64,000 nt of DNA, from assembly GCF_009914755.1 (NCBI RefSeq), contig NC_060936.1. The stretch is one strand, 5' to 3'. The translations under genes were made by a program, and so were the position numbers. This document shows, piece by piece, positions 1 to 23,070 of this stretch (positions within the stretch are counted from its first letter, which is position 1; each line of letters opens with the position of its first letter). The notes beneath the pieces were generated by a model. It saw only the letters and a list, made by a program, of their open reading frames with translations. It was not told the origin of the DNA and searched no databases. Origin of the DNA: the human T2T-CHM13v2.0 reference genome, Homo sapiens.

Positions 1-1269
1 CAGTGCCAGGTCAGCAGGACTGAACCTGGGTTCCAGGCTAGTCCAAAAGCAGAGGGTCCCTAAAGTCACATAGACCCATTTAGTATCCTGCTAGGGCTCT
101 GCTCCTCCCTTGTCTTCTGTGTCCTGGTCCAAGGGGAAGTCCTTGGCTGGATGCCGTGTTTGGCAGCCATGCTCACCATCTTTATTGCTGGAACCCAGGC
201 TGTCATTCTGATGTGTGAGTCTCACCTAACTCCTCCGCCTGTCTGGGCTCCCGTTTCCCCATCTGTGGCCCAGATTTTGAGGATGTGCTCTAGTTGGGTG
301 GTCATGTGCTGCAAGTTCTGTACAAGGGCTTGTGCCCATTCATTTATTCATTACCCTGATGGTTGGCCTTAGGGACACAGCTGAGCAGCTGTCTCTACTC
401 AGTGGGAAACACAGACAGCGATAGAAGAGAAATCAGAGTCAGTGGGAGTGGGAAGGATCAGCTTCAAAGCCTTGTCAGCAGGGCCCAGACGCTGGATCAG
501 GCTGTGCTGGGGGATCCTAGGGAACCCGGGGTGCATCCGTCATATCCTAGTGTCCAGATGATGCTAGGGAACCCTAGCACTAGGATGTGCCCAGGATGTG
601 GTCTGTGCTCAGACCACACTGCCCCCTGCAGCAGAAAGGGCCTCCTCCCACTTTAGCCCCTATCCATTTTACTGGCATCCATTGGCTTCTGCAGGTGTTA
701 GGGAGACACAGGATGCCGAGGACACCCCCATTCTGGTGGCACTTGGGGGGTACATCAAGTAGACGTGAGATTTGGGGGAGATATTTGCACAGACACAGGG
801 GCACTGGTTGGGGTAAATCTGGGAAGGCTCCCAGAGAGAGGAGGCCACAGAGTGAGCTGGCATCTGTGGAGGGAACTGAAGCTTTGTGGCTGGCCTCGGG
901 GGCTGCCGGGACTCTTGGATCTGGTGACCCGTTCTTTGCTGACTCACTCATGTTTTTGGCCCTGCATAGCAGAATCAAGAGGACATGACAGAACTGTTCA
1001 GGCGAGGAGGGGCAGGAGCGAGGCCCAGCATGGGGAGGGGGCTTTGGCCTCTGGAGGCCCCTCCTGGGCTGTGTTGCTCTTGACTATGGTAAACATGGAA
1101 GTGGAGAGAAGGCTTCCTTGATTGTGCTGGATGGAAAGTTCTTCCAGGCTCAGCCCCTCTGCTGTGTGACCTTGGGCAAATCCCTTCACCTCTCTGAGCA
1201 TGTTCCCTCATATCAAGGTAGGACCAAAAGGGTCATGGAAATTCACTGGGGTCACAGAAAGCACTGTTT

Positions 1270-7730
<6,461 letters not shown>

Positions 7731-8014
7731 CCGTATTCTCAATGTTAGTGACAAGCAGAGGGCTAATGTGTATACAGGGAATTTCACCAACCAATAAGAA
7801 AAGATTTTTAAAAACCCAATAGAGAAAAATGGATAAAGGACATGAAACAGAGAAATATAAATGACCAATAAAAATAAGAAAATATATGTAACTCAACTAA
7901 TTTAAAAATTGGAAGCATGTTGGAACTTCTGCAGCTATCACCTTGGTAAAGATGAAAAAGTTTGCTAGTAATCATTTTAGTGAGGGAGTGGGCAAACAGA
8001 AGTTTGCTCATTGT

Positions 8015-8816
<802 letters not shown>

Positions 8817-8894
8817 CCTTCAGAGGAGTGGGAGCCAGCCTGCCTGGAAGTGAATCCTGCCCCTGCCAACTCTGTGACCTTTCACATGTATCCG

Positions 8895-9270
8895 CTAGTA
8901 TTGGGCAGCAGTGCTGTGTGATAAACCAGCCCCAATCCAGCAGCTTAAACCAACAACATTGATTCTCATGGATCCGTGGGGCTGCTGGGGCAGCTCTACT
9001 TCATGCTGCAGCTCTACAGACCTGGTGTGCTTGTGTGGCTCTCATATCCCTGGGACCAGTGGGCTGGCCGGGGCTTGTTCTTCCCATGGTGATGGCAGAG
9101 GCACAAAGGGGCAAGTGAGGCTTCCTGAAGGCTAATCTTATAACTAGCATGCTGTCACTTCCACCCATATCCCATTGGCCAAAGCAGGTCACGTGACACA
9201 ACCAAGCCCAAATGAAGGAGCAGGGAAGGATACTTGGCCATTGGTGGAGGACTGTAGTCTCGTGGCAAAG
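8895..9270 (-). mobile_element. MLT1 (ERVL-MaLR) LTR relic
   Basis: cagcttaaaccaacaac...ttctcatgga...ccattggccaaagcaggtcacgtgac...aagcccaa, typical of antisense MLT1. Confidence 0.65.
9188..9197. promoter_or_regulatory. Perfect CLEAR/E-box palindrome GTCACGTGAC (TFEB/TFE3/MITF/USF type)
   Basis: Exact 10-mer in PLBD2 intron 1; function untested. Confidence 0.45.
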
Positions 9271-9740
9271 GGCATGGACATGGGGGTGGGGATGGCATGT
9301 GACATAAGTCTGTGTTTTAATTTCCTCCTCTTCTGCAAGAGGGACAAGATGGGGACGTGCCCACCTTGTAGGATTATAGGGGACTCAATGAGTTAATAGA
9401 CATGAAAGTGACTAGAACATGGCGTGGCACAGAGCTAACATGTCATCCTCAATGGATGTTGTTAGCTGGTGTTATTGTGGGTAAGGGAATATAGATATGT
9501 TCTGCATTTTTGGGGGAGGCTGTTTGTCAATATCTATGAAAATTAAAAATACGTGTACCCTTTGAGCCAGTAGTTCCTCTTGGAGGGATTTAATCCGGCA
9601 AGCTCACAAAGATGGACAGACAGACATTCACGTGCACGTCTACTGACCACTGTGTTGTTTTCATAGTTTAAGCCTGGAGATGCCATGTGTCTAGCTGGGG
9701 GCCTCTGCTGCTGACTGAGTGTCCCCTCCTTCCCCTCCAG

Positions 9741-9834
9741 GTGGGCCTTCCTGGAGCTGGGCACAAGTGGCCAATACAATGACAGCTTGCAGGCCTATGC
9801 AGCCGGTGTGGTGGAGGCTGCTGTGTCGGAGGAG
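9741..9834 (+). CDS. PLBD2: PLBD2 exon 2 (WAFLELGTSGQYNDSLQAYAAGVVEAAVSEE)
   Basis: Acceptor tcccctccag| and donor GAG|gtaagg; 94 nt, phase 2-0. Confidence 0.95.
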
Positions 9835-10049
9835 GTAAGGGCCAAGGTGGGGACATGGGGCTCCCACCCTGCCCCAGCCCCACAAGCATGTTCCCCAGTG
9901 TGCTTTTGAGATGTGTGCAGAGTAGGCCCCCAACTCCTGCCACAGCCCTTCATCTATCTGGGGAGAAAAAGTGGACATGCATTCTTTAGAAAATTACACT
10001 AGGGGCCGGCCACTGCACCTGGCTCTCACCCACTTCTGATATTGTCTGA

Positions 10050-11080
<1,031 letters not shown>

Positions 11081-13273
11081 ATTTTCTTTTTCTTTTCTTT
11101 TTTTTTTTTTTTTTTTTTTGAGACAGAGTCTCACTCTGTCACCTAGACTGGAGTACAGTGGCGTGATCTTGGCTTACTGCAACCTCTGCCTCCCTGGGTT
11201 CAAATGATTCTCATGCCTCAGCCTCCAGAGTAGCTGGAATTACAGGCATGCACCACCACGTCTGGCTAGTTTTTGCATTTCAAGTAGAGATGGGGTTTTG
11301 CCATGTTGGCCAGGCTGGTCTCAAACTCCTGACCTCAAGTGATCTGCCCACCTCGGCTTCCCAGAGTGTTGGGATTACAGGTACGAGCCACCTGGCCTAG
11401 GCTAGGCAGACATGCTATCAGGCATTGATGACCACTTTACAGAGACAGCTTGTCATGTGTACTTCACAGTAAACACCGACATTTTCCAGGGAATCCATAA
11501 ATTACTGACTTTTCCATTGATGGCCTAACCAGTGGCCCAAAGGCAGAGCACCTGCCTGTAATCCCAGGATGTTGGGAGGCTGAGGAGGGAGGACTGCTTG
11601 AGCTCAGGAGTTGGAGGCTGCAGTGAGCTAGGATTGTACCACTGTACTCCAGCCTTGTGACAGAATGAGACCTTGTCTCAAAAAAATGAAACAAAACAAA
11701 ACCACACAAAAAACAAAACAAGAAGTAGGCGAGGCTGTGGAGTGACAGCTGTCTCCTGTGATGCAGATGGAGGCATGCATTGGGTCACAAGTTGACATCA
11801 ACTTGTGGAGTTGAACCTGCATGTGCCTTAGGATCCAGCAGCCCTACTACTTGGGTGCATACCTTAGAGGTGACCCACGGACATGCACAAGGTACTCAAA
11901 GCAGTCCCAAAGTGGGAGTCCTTAAAACACCATGGGCAGGTGAATGGCTGACCAGGTGGAGGTGCACAGTGCAGCATGACAGAGCAGTGGAAATGGGTGA
12001 ATCTGAGATGCCTGGAGGCGAGGGGGAAAGAGCACATCACAGAGGACAACGTCCAGTGGGACACCCTTTTATAAAACTCACACTGCTCCTTCTGACACCC
12101 AGTCGCAGTTGTGGGTGGCCCTCTGGGACCTTAGTGTCTGGGGAAGTGGTCAGATGCTGGGCCAGGGCTGTTGTGGGTGCTCAGTGGTGAATGAGACACG
12201 GTTCAGTCTCTCAAGGGGCTCACGGCCTGCTGGGGACACTGAGGCAAGGCCACAAGTGGCTCTTATGTCAGGAATCCCAGGCCCATGTGCCAGGCACTTT
12301 GCCCACAAAGTCTCACTGAGCCTCCACCCTAAACCCCTGAGGGAAGCATGTGCACCTCCCCTGGATGGATGGGCAGGCTTGGGCCCAGAGAGGTGAAGCT
12401 ACTTTCACAAGGTCAGCCAGCCAGTCCACAGAGGAGGCACCATTCAACCTCAGCTCTGTCTAACCCACGTCTCGCTCCTAACTAGTGTGCCCTGCTGCCT
12501 CCCCCTCTAGCCTGTGGCCTTCTTGTGGGTGGTAATATGTCTTGTCCCCAGCTGTGTCCCCTGATCCCAGCCCAGAACCTGGTATAGGACAGGCAGTGGG
12601 GAAATGCTGTGGAAGTCATGGAGGCCTGCATGGAGGAGGTGGTGTCTTAGTGGGCCTTGAAGGATGAACAGGATTTGGATGTGTTTCAGTGAGATGGTGA
12701 TGGAGCAGCAGTCATGAAGCCATCAATCCTGAGGCAGTGAGTGCTGCCACTCACTCACGGGGATGACCAGGCTACGTGGTCTTTTGTCCCCCAGCAGGCG
12801 AGCCTGGACTCATGCAGGTGGCATCTCGGTGGGAAGTGCAGAGGGCCGCATGAAGTCTGGGTGAAACTGCCACGGCATTCTCTTGCCCAGTGGAATCAGA
12901 AGGGTTATTGCTGTTTTGTTCCCTGCTATGTCCTCAGTGCTTAAAAAGGAACATAATAGGTGCTCAAAAAAAAAACATTCATGGATTGACTAACTGAACA
13001 CACATATAGATTGGGGTCCCCAGTAGCAGAGGTGGTGCCATCAGTTATAGGCTTTGCAGGCTAAAGGCTCTCAGGGCAACTTCCAGGGGCCTGGGGTCCC
13101 TATCCGGGGCAGAGCTGGGCAGGGAGAGGAGCCTCCAGGGAGAGGACAGCATGAGCAAGGACTCAGGTGGCCACACCAGCAGCCTCCGCTCTGGGGCAGC
13201 CTGGGTGGGGGGCTCTCAGGGAAGAGAGCACCCCAGCTGCCCGCCCTTGCCTCGCCCACCCCCTACCCCACAG

Positions 13274-13432
13274 CTCATCTACATGCACTGGATGAACACG
13301 GTGGTGAATTACTGCGGCCCCTTCGAGTATGAAGTCGGCTACTGCGAGAGGCTGAAGAGCTTCCTGGAGGCCAACCTAGAGTGGATGCAGGAAGAGATGG
13401 AGTCAAACCCAGACTCACCTTACTGGCACCAG
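13274..13432 (+). CDS. PLBD2: PLBD2 exon 3 (LIYMHWMNTVVNYC...SPYWHQ)
   Basis: ccccacag| ... CAG|gtgagt; 159 nt, phase 0-0; visible inside ORF 13151..13570. Confidence 0.96.
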
Positions 13433-14099
13433 GTGAGTCCTGCTGCCACGCTTGGTGGGAGGGGGCTTCCAGCTGGCCAGCCATCCTGTCTCCTGTTGTT
13501 CTGGCCAGCCTTGTGGCATGTCCAGCTGCCCAGCCGCCTCTGTTTCCATCATCATCTCCATCCCTCCTAGCCGACCTGCCACTCATCCATCTGCCCAGTC
13601 TCCATCTGTCCACTTGCTGGAACTCCAGCCATCCATCCTAGCCTACCTACAGTTAAATAATGACCAAAAACAAATAGTCAGTTGTTAGCATGGTGTTTTG
13701 CTTGTGTACATATGGTGTTTTGCTTGCATACAAGGGAGGTTGCTTGGTAGATTGATTACATTGGATGCAAGTAAAGACAGTATGAGAAAGAGGGGAAGGG
13801 GAAAACCAGAAAATCCCAGAAAGTCTGGACACAGTGAATTTTGTTTTCCTTTCCTTGAGTGAGCTGCTGATCAGCTGGCAGCTAACGGAGAGGCCCAGGC
13901 AGGCTCTCTGCCTTTGGGCCACTGGCTAGGCCATCATTGGAAAAGTCAGTTATTTATGGATTCCCCGGAAAATGTCAGGTGTTTGCTGTGAGGTACACAC
14001 GGCAGGCTGTCTCTGTAAAGTGGCCATCAATGCCTGTTAGCATGTCTGCCTAGCCTAGGCCAGGTTTGCACCATTTTCCTCTGTAGAACTTCTCACTGT

Positions 14100-14610
14100 T
14101 TACCCACCCACCTACTCACACCCTAAGACAGACTCTTCTACCACCAACCCATCTACCTGTCCATTCCACACATCCACCACCCATCCATCCACCCATCCAT
14201 CCATCCATGCATCCATCCATCCATTCATCCACCTACCCACCCACTCACCCATCTACCTATCCATCTATTCACTCACTCATCCATCCGTTCATTTACCCAC
14301 CCATTTACCCACCCATCCATCCATCCTCCATCCACCCATCCTTCCACCCACCCACCCACTCACTCATCTACATATCTATCCATTCGCTCACTCACTCATC
14401 CATCCATCCATTTACCCACCCATTCATCTATCCATTCACACACCCGTCCATCCATCATCCATCCATCTACCCATACATACATACATCCACCCACCCACCC
14501 ACCCACTCATCCACCCATCCATTCACCTCCCACCTGTCAACCCACTCACCCACCCATACATACATACATCCACCCACCCATCCATTCATCCAACAACCCA
14601 CCCATCCATC
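14100..14610. repeat. Degenerate (CCAT/CCAC)n simple repeat, PLBD2 intron 3
   Basis: Runs of catc/ccac/cact. Confidence 0.92.
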
Positions 14611-15098
14611 TTGCAGATGCTTACTAAGTGCCCAGTGTGCCTGCCCAAGGCCCCATGAGGGACACACTGATGATACTTTATGGCTATAGGATGTTGAGGC
14701 AAAATGATGACAATGGGGAGAAGTCAGATGCATGAGACAGGTGCCCGAGGCAGCAATACAGTCAGTACTGAACTCAGAACAGGAGCAGTTGGCAAGAGGC
14801 CAGGCCAGGCTGGGAGGCGTCCTAGAAGAGATGGCTTTTGAACTAGGCTCTTAAGTGGGGCTGATTTGGGGTTAACACAGGGCAGAGACATAGAGTTAAT
14901 TCATTGAAAGCAGGAGAGTGCTCAGCATGGAGGGGTGGGTGGTAGTTTGGGGGAGTCAAGGCTGGCTGGAGTCTGGAGGGTACCCCCGGGCCTCCTGCTC
15001 TGTCTGAACCCCCAGGCCAGAGCCCGTCCCGTTGAAGGAGAAGGTGTGAGCCTGGAGGAGAGGCCTCACCCTCCCTCTGCCCCCGCCCCCTCCCCTAG

Positions 15099-15199
15099 GT
15101 GCGGCTGACCCTCCTGCAGCTGAAAGGCCTGGAGGACAGCTACGAAGGCCGTGTGAGCTTCCCAGCTGGGAAGTTCACCATCAAACCCTTGGGGTTCCT
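15099..15199 (+). CDS. PLBD2: PLBD2 exon 4 (VRLTLLQLKGLEDSYEGRVSFPAGKFTIKPLGF)
   Basis: tcccctag| ... CT|gtaagt; 101 nt. Confidence 0.95.
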
Positions 15200-15417
15200 G
15201 TAAGTGCCACCCCCAGAGTGAACAGGGTGGGAAGAAGGGCCACACACTCATAGTCGGACAGACCTGGGTTCCAGCATCAACCTTGCCACTCCCTGGCTCT
15301 GTGGCCTTGGAACAGTCAGCTGACTTCCCAGAGCCTCAGCTTTCTCCTCTGCAAAATGAGTACATAACAGCACTCACAGCAGGCGTGGTAACCCTCTGAT
15401 GCCCTGGCCCTCCTCAG

Positions 15418-15632
15418 CCTGCTGCAGCTCTCTGGGGACCTGGAAGACCTGGAGCTGGCCCTGAACAAGACCAAGATCAAACCTTCTCTGGGCTCTGGCT
15501 CCTGTTCTGCCCTCATCAAGCTGCTCCCTGGCCAGAGTGACCTCCTGGTTGCCCACAACACCTGGAACAACTACCAGCACATGCTGCGTGTCATCAAGAA
15601 GTACTGGCTCCAGTTCCGGGAAGGCCCCTGGG
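15418..15632 (+). CDS. PLBD2: PLBD2 exon 5, containing the autoproteolytic site and nucleophile Cys (GSGS|CSALIKL; TGT at 15503-15505)
   Basis: tcctcag| ... TGGG|gtaggt; 215 nt; CSALIK...AHNTW is the phospholipase B-like Ntn motif. Confidence 0.96.
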
Positions 15633-15960
15633 GTAGGTGGGTGTGGGTGTGTCTGGGGGATGAGCAGGTGGGTGGGCACACACGTGGGGAGTGGTCCTAG
15701 GAGGTTTGGGCCTTGGAAACCCTCCCAACACACGGAGTCACTGCAGGGATATTCCAAGAGTTCATTTTGGTTTTGTTTTTTTCTTTTTGAGTTGGGGTCT
15801 TGCTCTGTTGCCCAGGCTGGAGTACAGTGGCACAGTCATGGCTCACTGTAGCCTTGACTTCCCAGGCTCAGATTATCCTCCTGCCTCAGCCTCCCAAGTA
15901 TCTGGAACTACAAATGTGTACCACCACACTCAGCTAATTTGTTTATTTTTTTATTTTTAA

Positions 15961-16071
<111 letters not shown>

Positions 16072-16114
16072 TAGCCAGTTCATCTTGTTTTACATGTTTA
16101 TTGCCTTTTTTATT

Positions 16115-17359
<1,245 letters not shown>

Positions 17360-18450
17360 TGAGCCCAGGAGGTTGAGGCTGCAGTGAACAGTGATCACGC
17401 CATGACACCCCAGCCTGGGTGACAGTGCAAGACCTTGTCTCTAATAAAGAAAAAAACAGTTTTACAGTCAAGGCCAAAGTCCTCCATAGTGCCACATCCT
17501 TCATCCCAGGCCCCAGCATCAGCCCCAGGGATACCACTGCCAAATGTTTGCAGTACCTCCTTCATGGCCAAATGTAAAAACTTGATGGGACCAGGAGCTG
17601 GTGAGGAGGTGGGGAAGTGTCCAGCCTTATTCATTGCTAATGGGAGTATGCGTTGGCACAGCTACTTTTAAGAGGAATCCAGCTGGCATCTAATAAAATT
17701 CAAAATCTGTCACTCCAGTGATCCAGCAATTCTCTGACTCCAGTCTGTCCCTAGAGAGACATTTCAGCTTCTGCATGGGGAGTGTGTATAAGCAAGTCTG
17801 CTATCACAGTGGTTTGGTGACAACCTAATGTCCATTCATTGAAATTTAAGTAAACTCTAAATTGACATTTATACAGGAAATCGTATACACTGTAAGTGTA
17901 CAACTTGAATTTCTTGCACGTGGAACACACCTGTGTATAGCATCCATCTGGAGAAACAGAACATTCCCAGCCCCTAGAAGCTTCCCTCGTATCCCTTTCC
18001 AGGCACACCCCCACCCCAGCATCATCTCTGTCCTGATTTCTGTTTTTTGTTTGTTTGTTTGTTTTGTTTTTAAACAGTCTTGCTCTGTCACCCAGACTAG
18101 AGGGCAGTAGTGCAATCTCGGCTCACTGCAACCTCTGCTTCCTAGGTTCAAGCGATTCTTCTGCCTCAGCCTCCTGAGTAGCTGGGATTACAGGCACACA
18201 CCACCACACCCAGCTAATTTTTGTATTTTCCGTAGAAATGGGGTTTCGCCATGTTGGCCAGGCTGGTCTTGAATACCTGACCTCAAGTGATCCAACCGCC
18301 TGTCCTGATTTCTCACAGAATAGGTTAGGTTTGCCTGGTTTTGAATGTCATATGAATGGAATCATGTAGTGTGTGCTCATTTGTTCTGCATGTCTGTGAG
18401 ATTCATCTGTATTACTGTGTGTAGCTGTAGATCTATCATTCTCATTGCTA

Positions 18451-18966
<516 letters not shown>

Positions 18967-19226
18967 CTATACCCATCATTGTAGTATTATACAGAATAGT
19001 TTCACTGCTCTAAAATGTTTGCTTTCTGAGTTTTTTTAAAATCATAATTAAGATTATACTGTATGAATTATTTGCGACTTCCTTCTTTTGCCCACTAGGC
19101 TGCCTTGGAGAGTTGCCAGTACTGCCATGTTTGGTCCACTGTGCGTTTTGTTTTTCAAATTACTTATTTTGAGACAGGGTCTCACTGTGTTGCCCAGGCT
19201 GGTCACAAACTTCTAGCCTCAGGTGA

Positions 19227-19487
<261 letters not shown>

Positions 19488-19790
19488 TAGTAGAGATGGG
19501 GTTTCACCATGTTGGTAAGGCTGGTCTCAAACTCCTGGCCTCCTGACCTTGGCCTTCCAAAGTGCTGGGATTACAGGCGTGAGCCACTGTGCCCGGCCTA
19601 CTGGTCCCTTTGTTTTAAAGTGCAAAGACTTAATGTGGAAGAGATAATTCAGGCCAGACGCGGTGGCTCATGCCTATAATTCTAGCACTTTGGGAGGCCG
19701 AGGCTGGTGGATCACTTGAGGTCAGAGTTCGAGACCAGCCTGGCCAATGTGGTAAAACCATGTCTCTACTAAAAATACAAAAATTAGCTA

Positions 19791-19976
<186 letters not shown>

Positions 19977-20156
19977 CTACACCCAGAACTCTGGAGCACT
20001 GTAGGGAAGAGGTCTGGGTAGAATCCCTGCTCAGCCATTTAACTGTTTGGCCTCTGCTAAGTTACTTAGCCTTTCTGAGTCTCAGATTGCCTTATCTGCA
20101 AAGTGCAGATGATAATTCTCTGCCCCCATGCAGGGCGGGTATAAGGAGTCAATTTA

Positions 20157-20484
<328 letters not shown>

Positions 20485-20532
20485 CTATCTGAGTATATAT
20501 ATTTAACACATACACATATACCCACGCACACA

Positions 20533-21158
<626 letters not shown>

Positions 21159-21369
21159 ATAAGTTTTGCTGCTAGCTTTTATTTTTACTTGCACGTATAT
21201 GCACTTTTATATGCCCAATGACCTCATTTGCTAAATGACAAAAAGGACACAGTGGGGGCTTCCTCGGAGGCCTGCCTGTGCCCCTGTGCCTGTGTCTTGT
21301 TAGGTAGGGTGCAGGGGCCTCCACCTGTGCCTGTCTGACCAGCATCCCTGGCTCGCTCTGCCTGCACAG

Positions 21370-21467
21370 GGGACTACCCGCTGGTTCCCGGCAACAAGCT
21401 GGTCTTCTCCTCCTACCCCGGCACCATCTTCTCCTGCGACGACTTCTACATCCTGGGCAGTGGGCTG
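21370..21467 (+). CDS. PLBD2: PLBD2 exon 6 (DYPLVPGNKLVFSSYPGTIFSCDDFYILGSGL)
   Basis: cctgcacag| ... CTG|gtgagt; 98 nt; FSSYPG...DDFY family motif. Confidence 0.95.
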
Positions 21468-22754
21468 GTGAGTCCCTTTCTCATGTCTCCTCTGTTCCTG
21501 GGGTGTTTGTCACACGGCGGCTCTGAGCTGGCAGGATTGATTCCTGCGGCAAGTGGGGACCAGGCTGCAGCCCAGTGCTGGGTGCCATGTAGGAGCCAGG
21601 GGTGCAGTGGAGGATGAGGTGGACGCTGCCCCACCTGCCATTCAGAGCCCAGACTCGCCCTTCCCCTGCTCTGGGGACTTGGACCACCACAAGGGCGTGT
21701 TTAAACATAGACCCCCAGGCCCCGCACAGGGCCTCCAAAACCTGCAGATGGCCTGGGACTCTGCATGTAACCCTGGTTGTCAGGAAAGGCTGGACTTGGG
21801 GATGTTTGGGACTATCCCTGACCTCAGTGACCTCACTTGTTTTTATGTATTCAGGATAACTGTGCCCCCGCCCCCCCCACATCCCCACCGCTTCCCTCTC
21901 CTCCTGCCTCCCTCTTGCTTTCCTCAGAGCCCCTCTGACCTGACCAGGTTTGCTGAATAGAGGCTGTTTACAGTGTGTTGTTTTCATCTTTTTTCCTGGC
22001 TGCGGTCCAGACTTGTTTAGAAATCTGTCCCTGGCACCCCTCGCTGAGAAAGTGAACCCTTTGATCTCCAGGGCAACGAGACAGAGGAGAAAAAACATCA
22101 CTCTAAAAAACACCCTTAGCGCAGAGAACGCCAGCTCCCTGCGGGGACGGGAGGGGTGGGGACTCTTCTTCTTGTCTGATCCTTGCTTTTTTCTGAGTGT
22201 GGAACGAGGCAAGAGAGGGCCAGGCGGTGGGTGAGGGAACCCCCATGCTGTGGCCCAGGTGGGGAAGGGGACTGAGGCAGCTGGGGAGGGACACGTGAAA
22301 TGGTTCCACCTGGTTACCAGGAAAGGGTCTGGGCAGGAAACTTCCCTTCCATCAGGGTCCCTAACTGTTTTTGTGCCATAAACACCTTGGGCAGTCCAGG
22401 AGGCTGTTGGCCCTCTTCTCAGAATAGTGTTTTAACTTTTATTATTTATTTATTTTTTTTCATAGAGATAGGGTCTCTCTCTGTCACTCAGGTTGGAATG
22501 CAGTGGTGTGATCGTGGCTCACTGCAACCTCCCACCTCCTGGGTTCAGGCGATCCTCCTGCCTCAGCCTCCTGAGTAGCTGGGACTACAGGCACATGCCA
22601 CCATGCTCAGCTAATTTTTAAATTTCTTGTAGAAATGAGGTCTCACTATATTTCCCAGGCCAGTCTCGAACTCCTGGGTTGAAGGGATCCTCCTACCTCA
22701 GCTTCCGAAAGTGCTGGGATTATAGGTGTGAGCCACTGTGCCTGGCAAATTAGT

Positions 22755-23070
22755 GTTTTTAGACACATAAACCAAAATGTATAGGATTATGGAGGAAACC
22801 AGTTATAGTGAAATATGGTTATCAAAATATAAGTAAACTTTTAGTATATATGTGCTGCTTTATTAACACACTGAATAATAAGATCCAGAAGCAGGTGTGA
22901 TAAATACCATAAGTTAGAAGAAGCAAGGTGCATGAATGATACTTTAAGGTATGTACAGCCTTGTAATCTGATGGAAAAACATCTGTGATTTCTGACAGTG
23001 ACCGTCCCAGTGACTACTAATACCACTGTGGTGTGTCACGTTAACAGTGGAAAGAAATACCAAATTTCAG
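22755..23070. mobile_element. hAT-Charlie-like DNA transposon fragment (Charlie4 type)
   Basis: AT-rich aaaacatctgtgatttctgacagtgac...taataccactgtgg...aaatttcag. Confidence 0.45.

Noticed and set aside
14207-14733. 160-aa His/Pro-rich ORF and its antisense partner
   Set aside because: Simple-repeat artefact.
21481-22212. 243-aa minus-strand ORF in PLBD2 intron 6
   Set aside because: Starts at a non-ATG codon, has no recognisable domain and no splice or promoter support; homology search or ribosome profiling would be needed to revive it.
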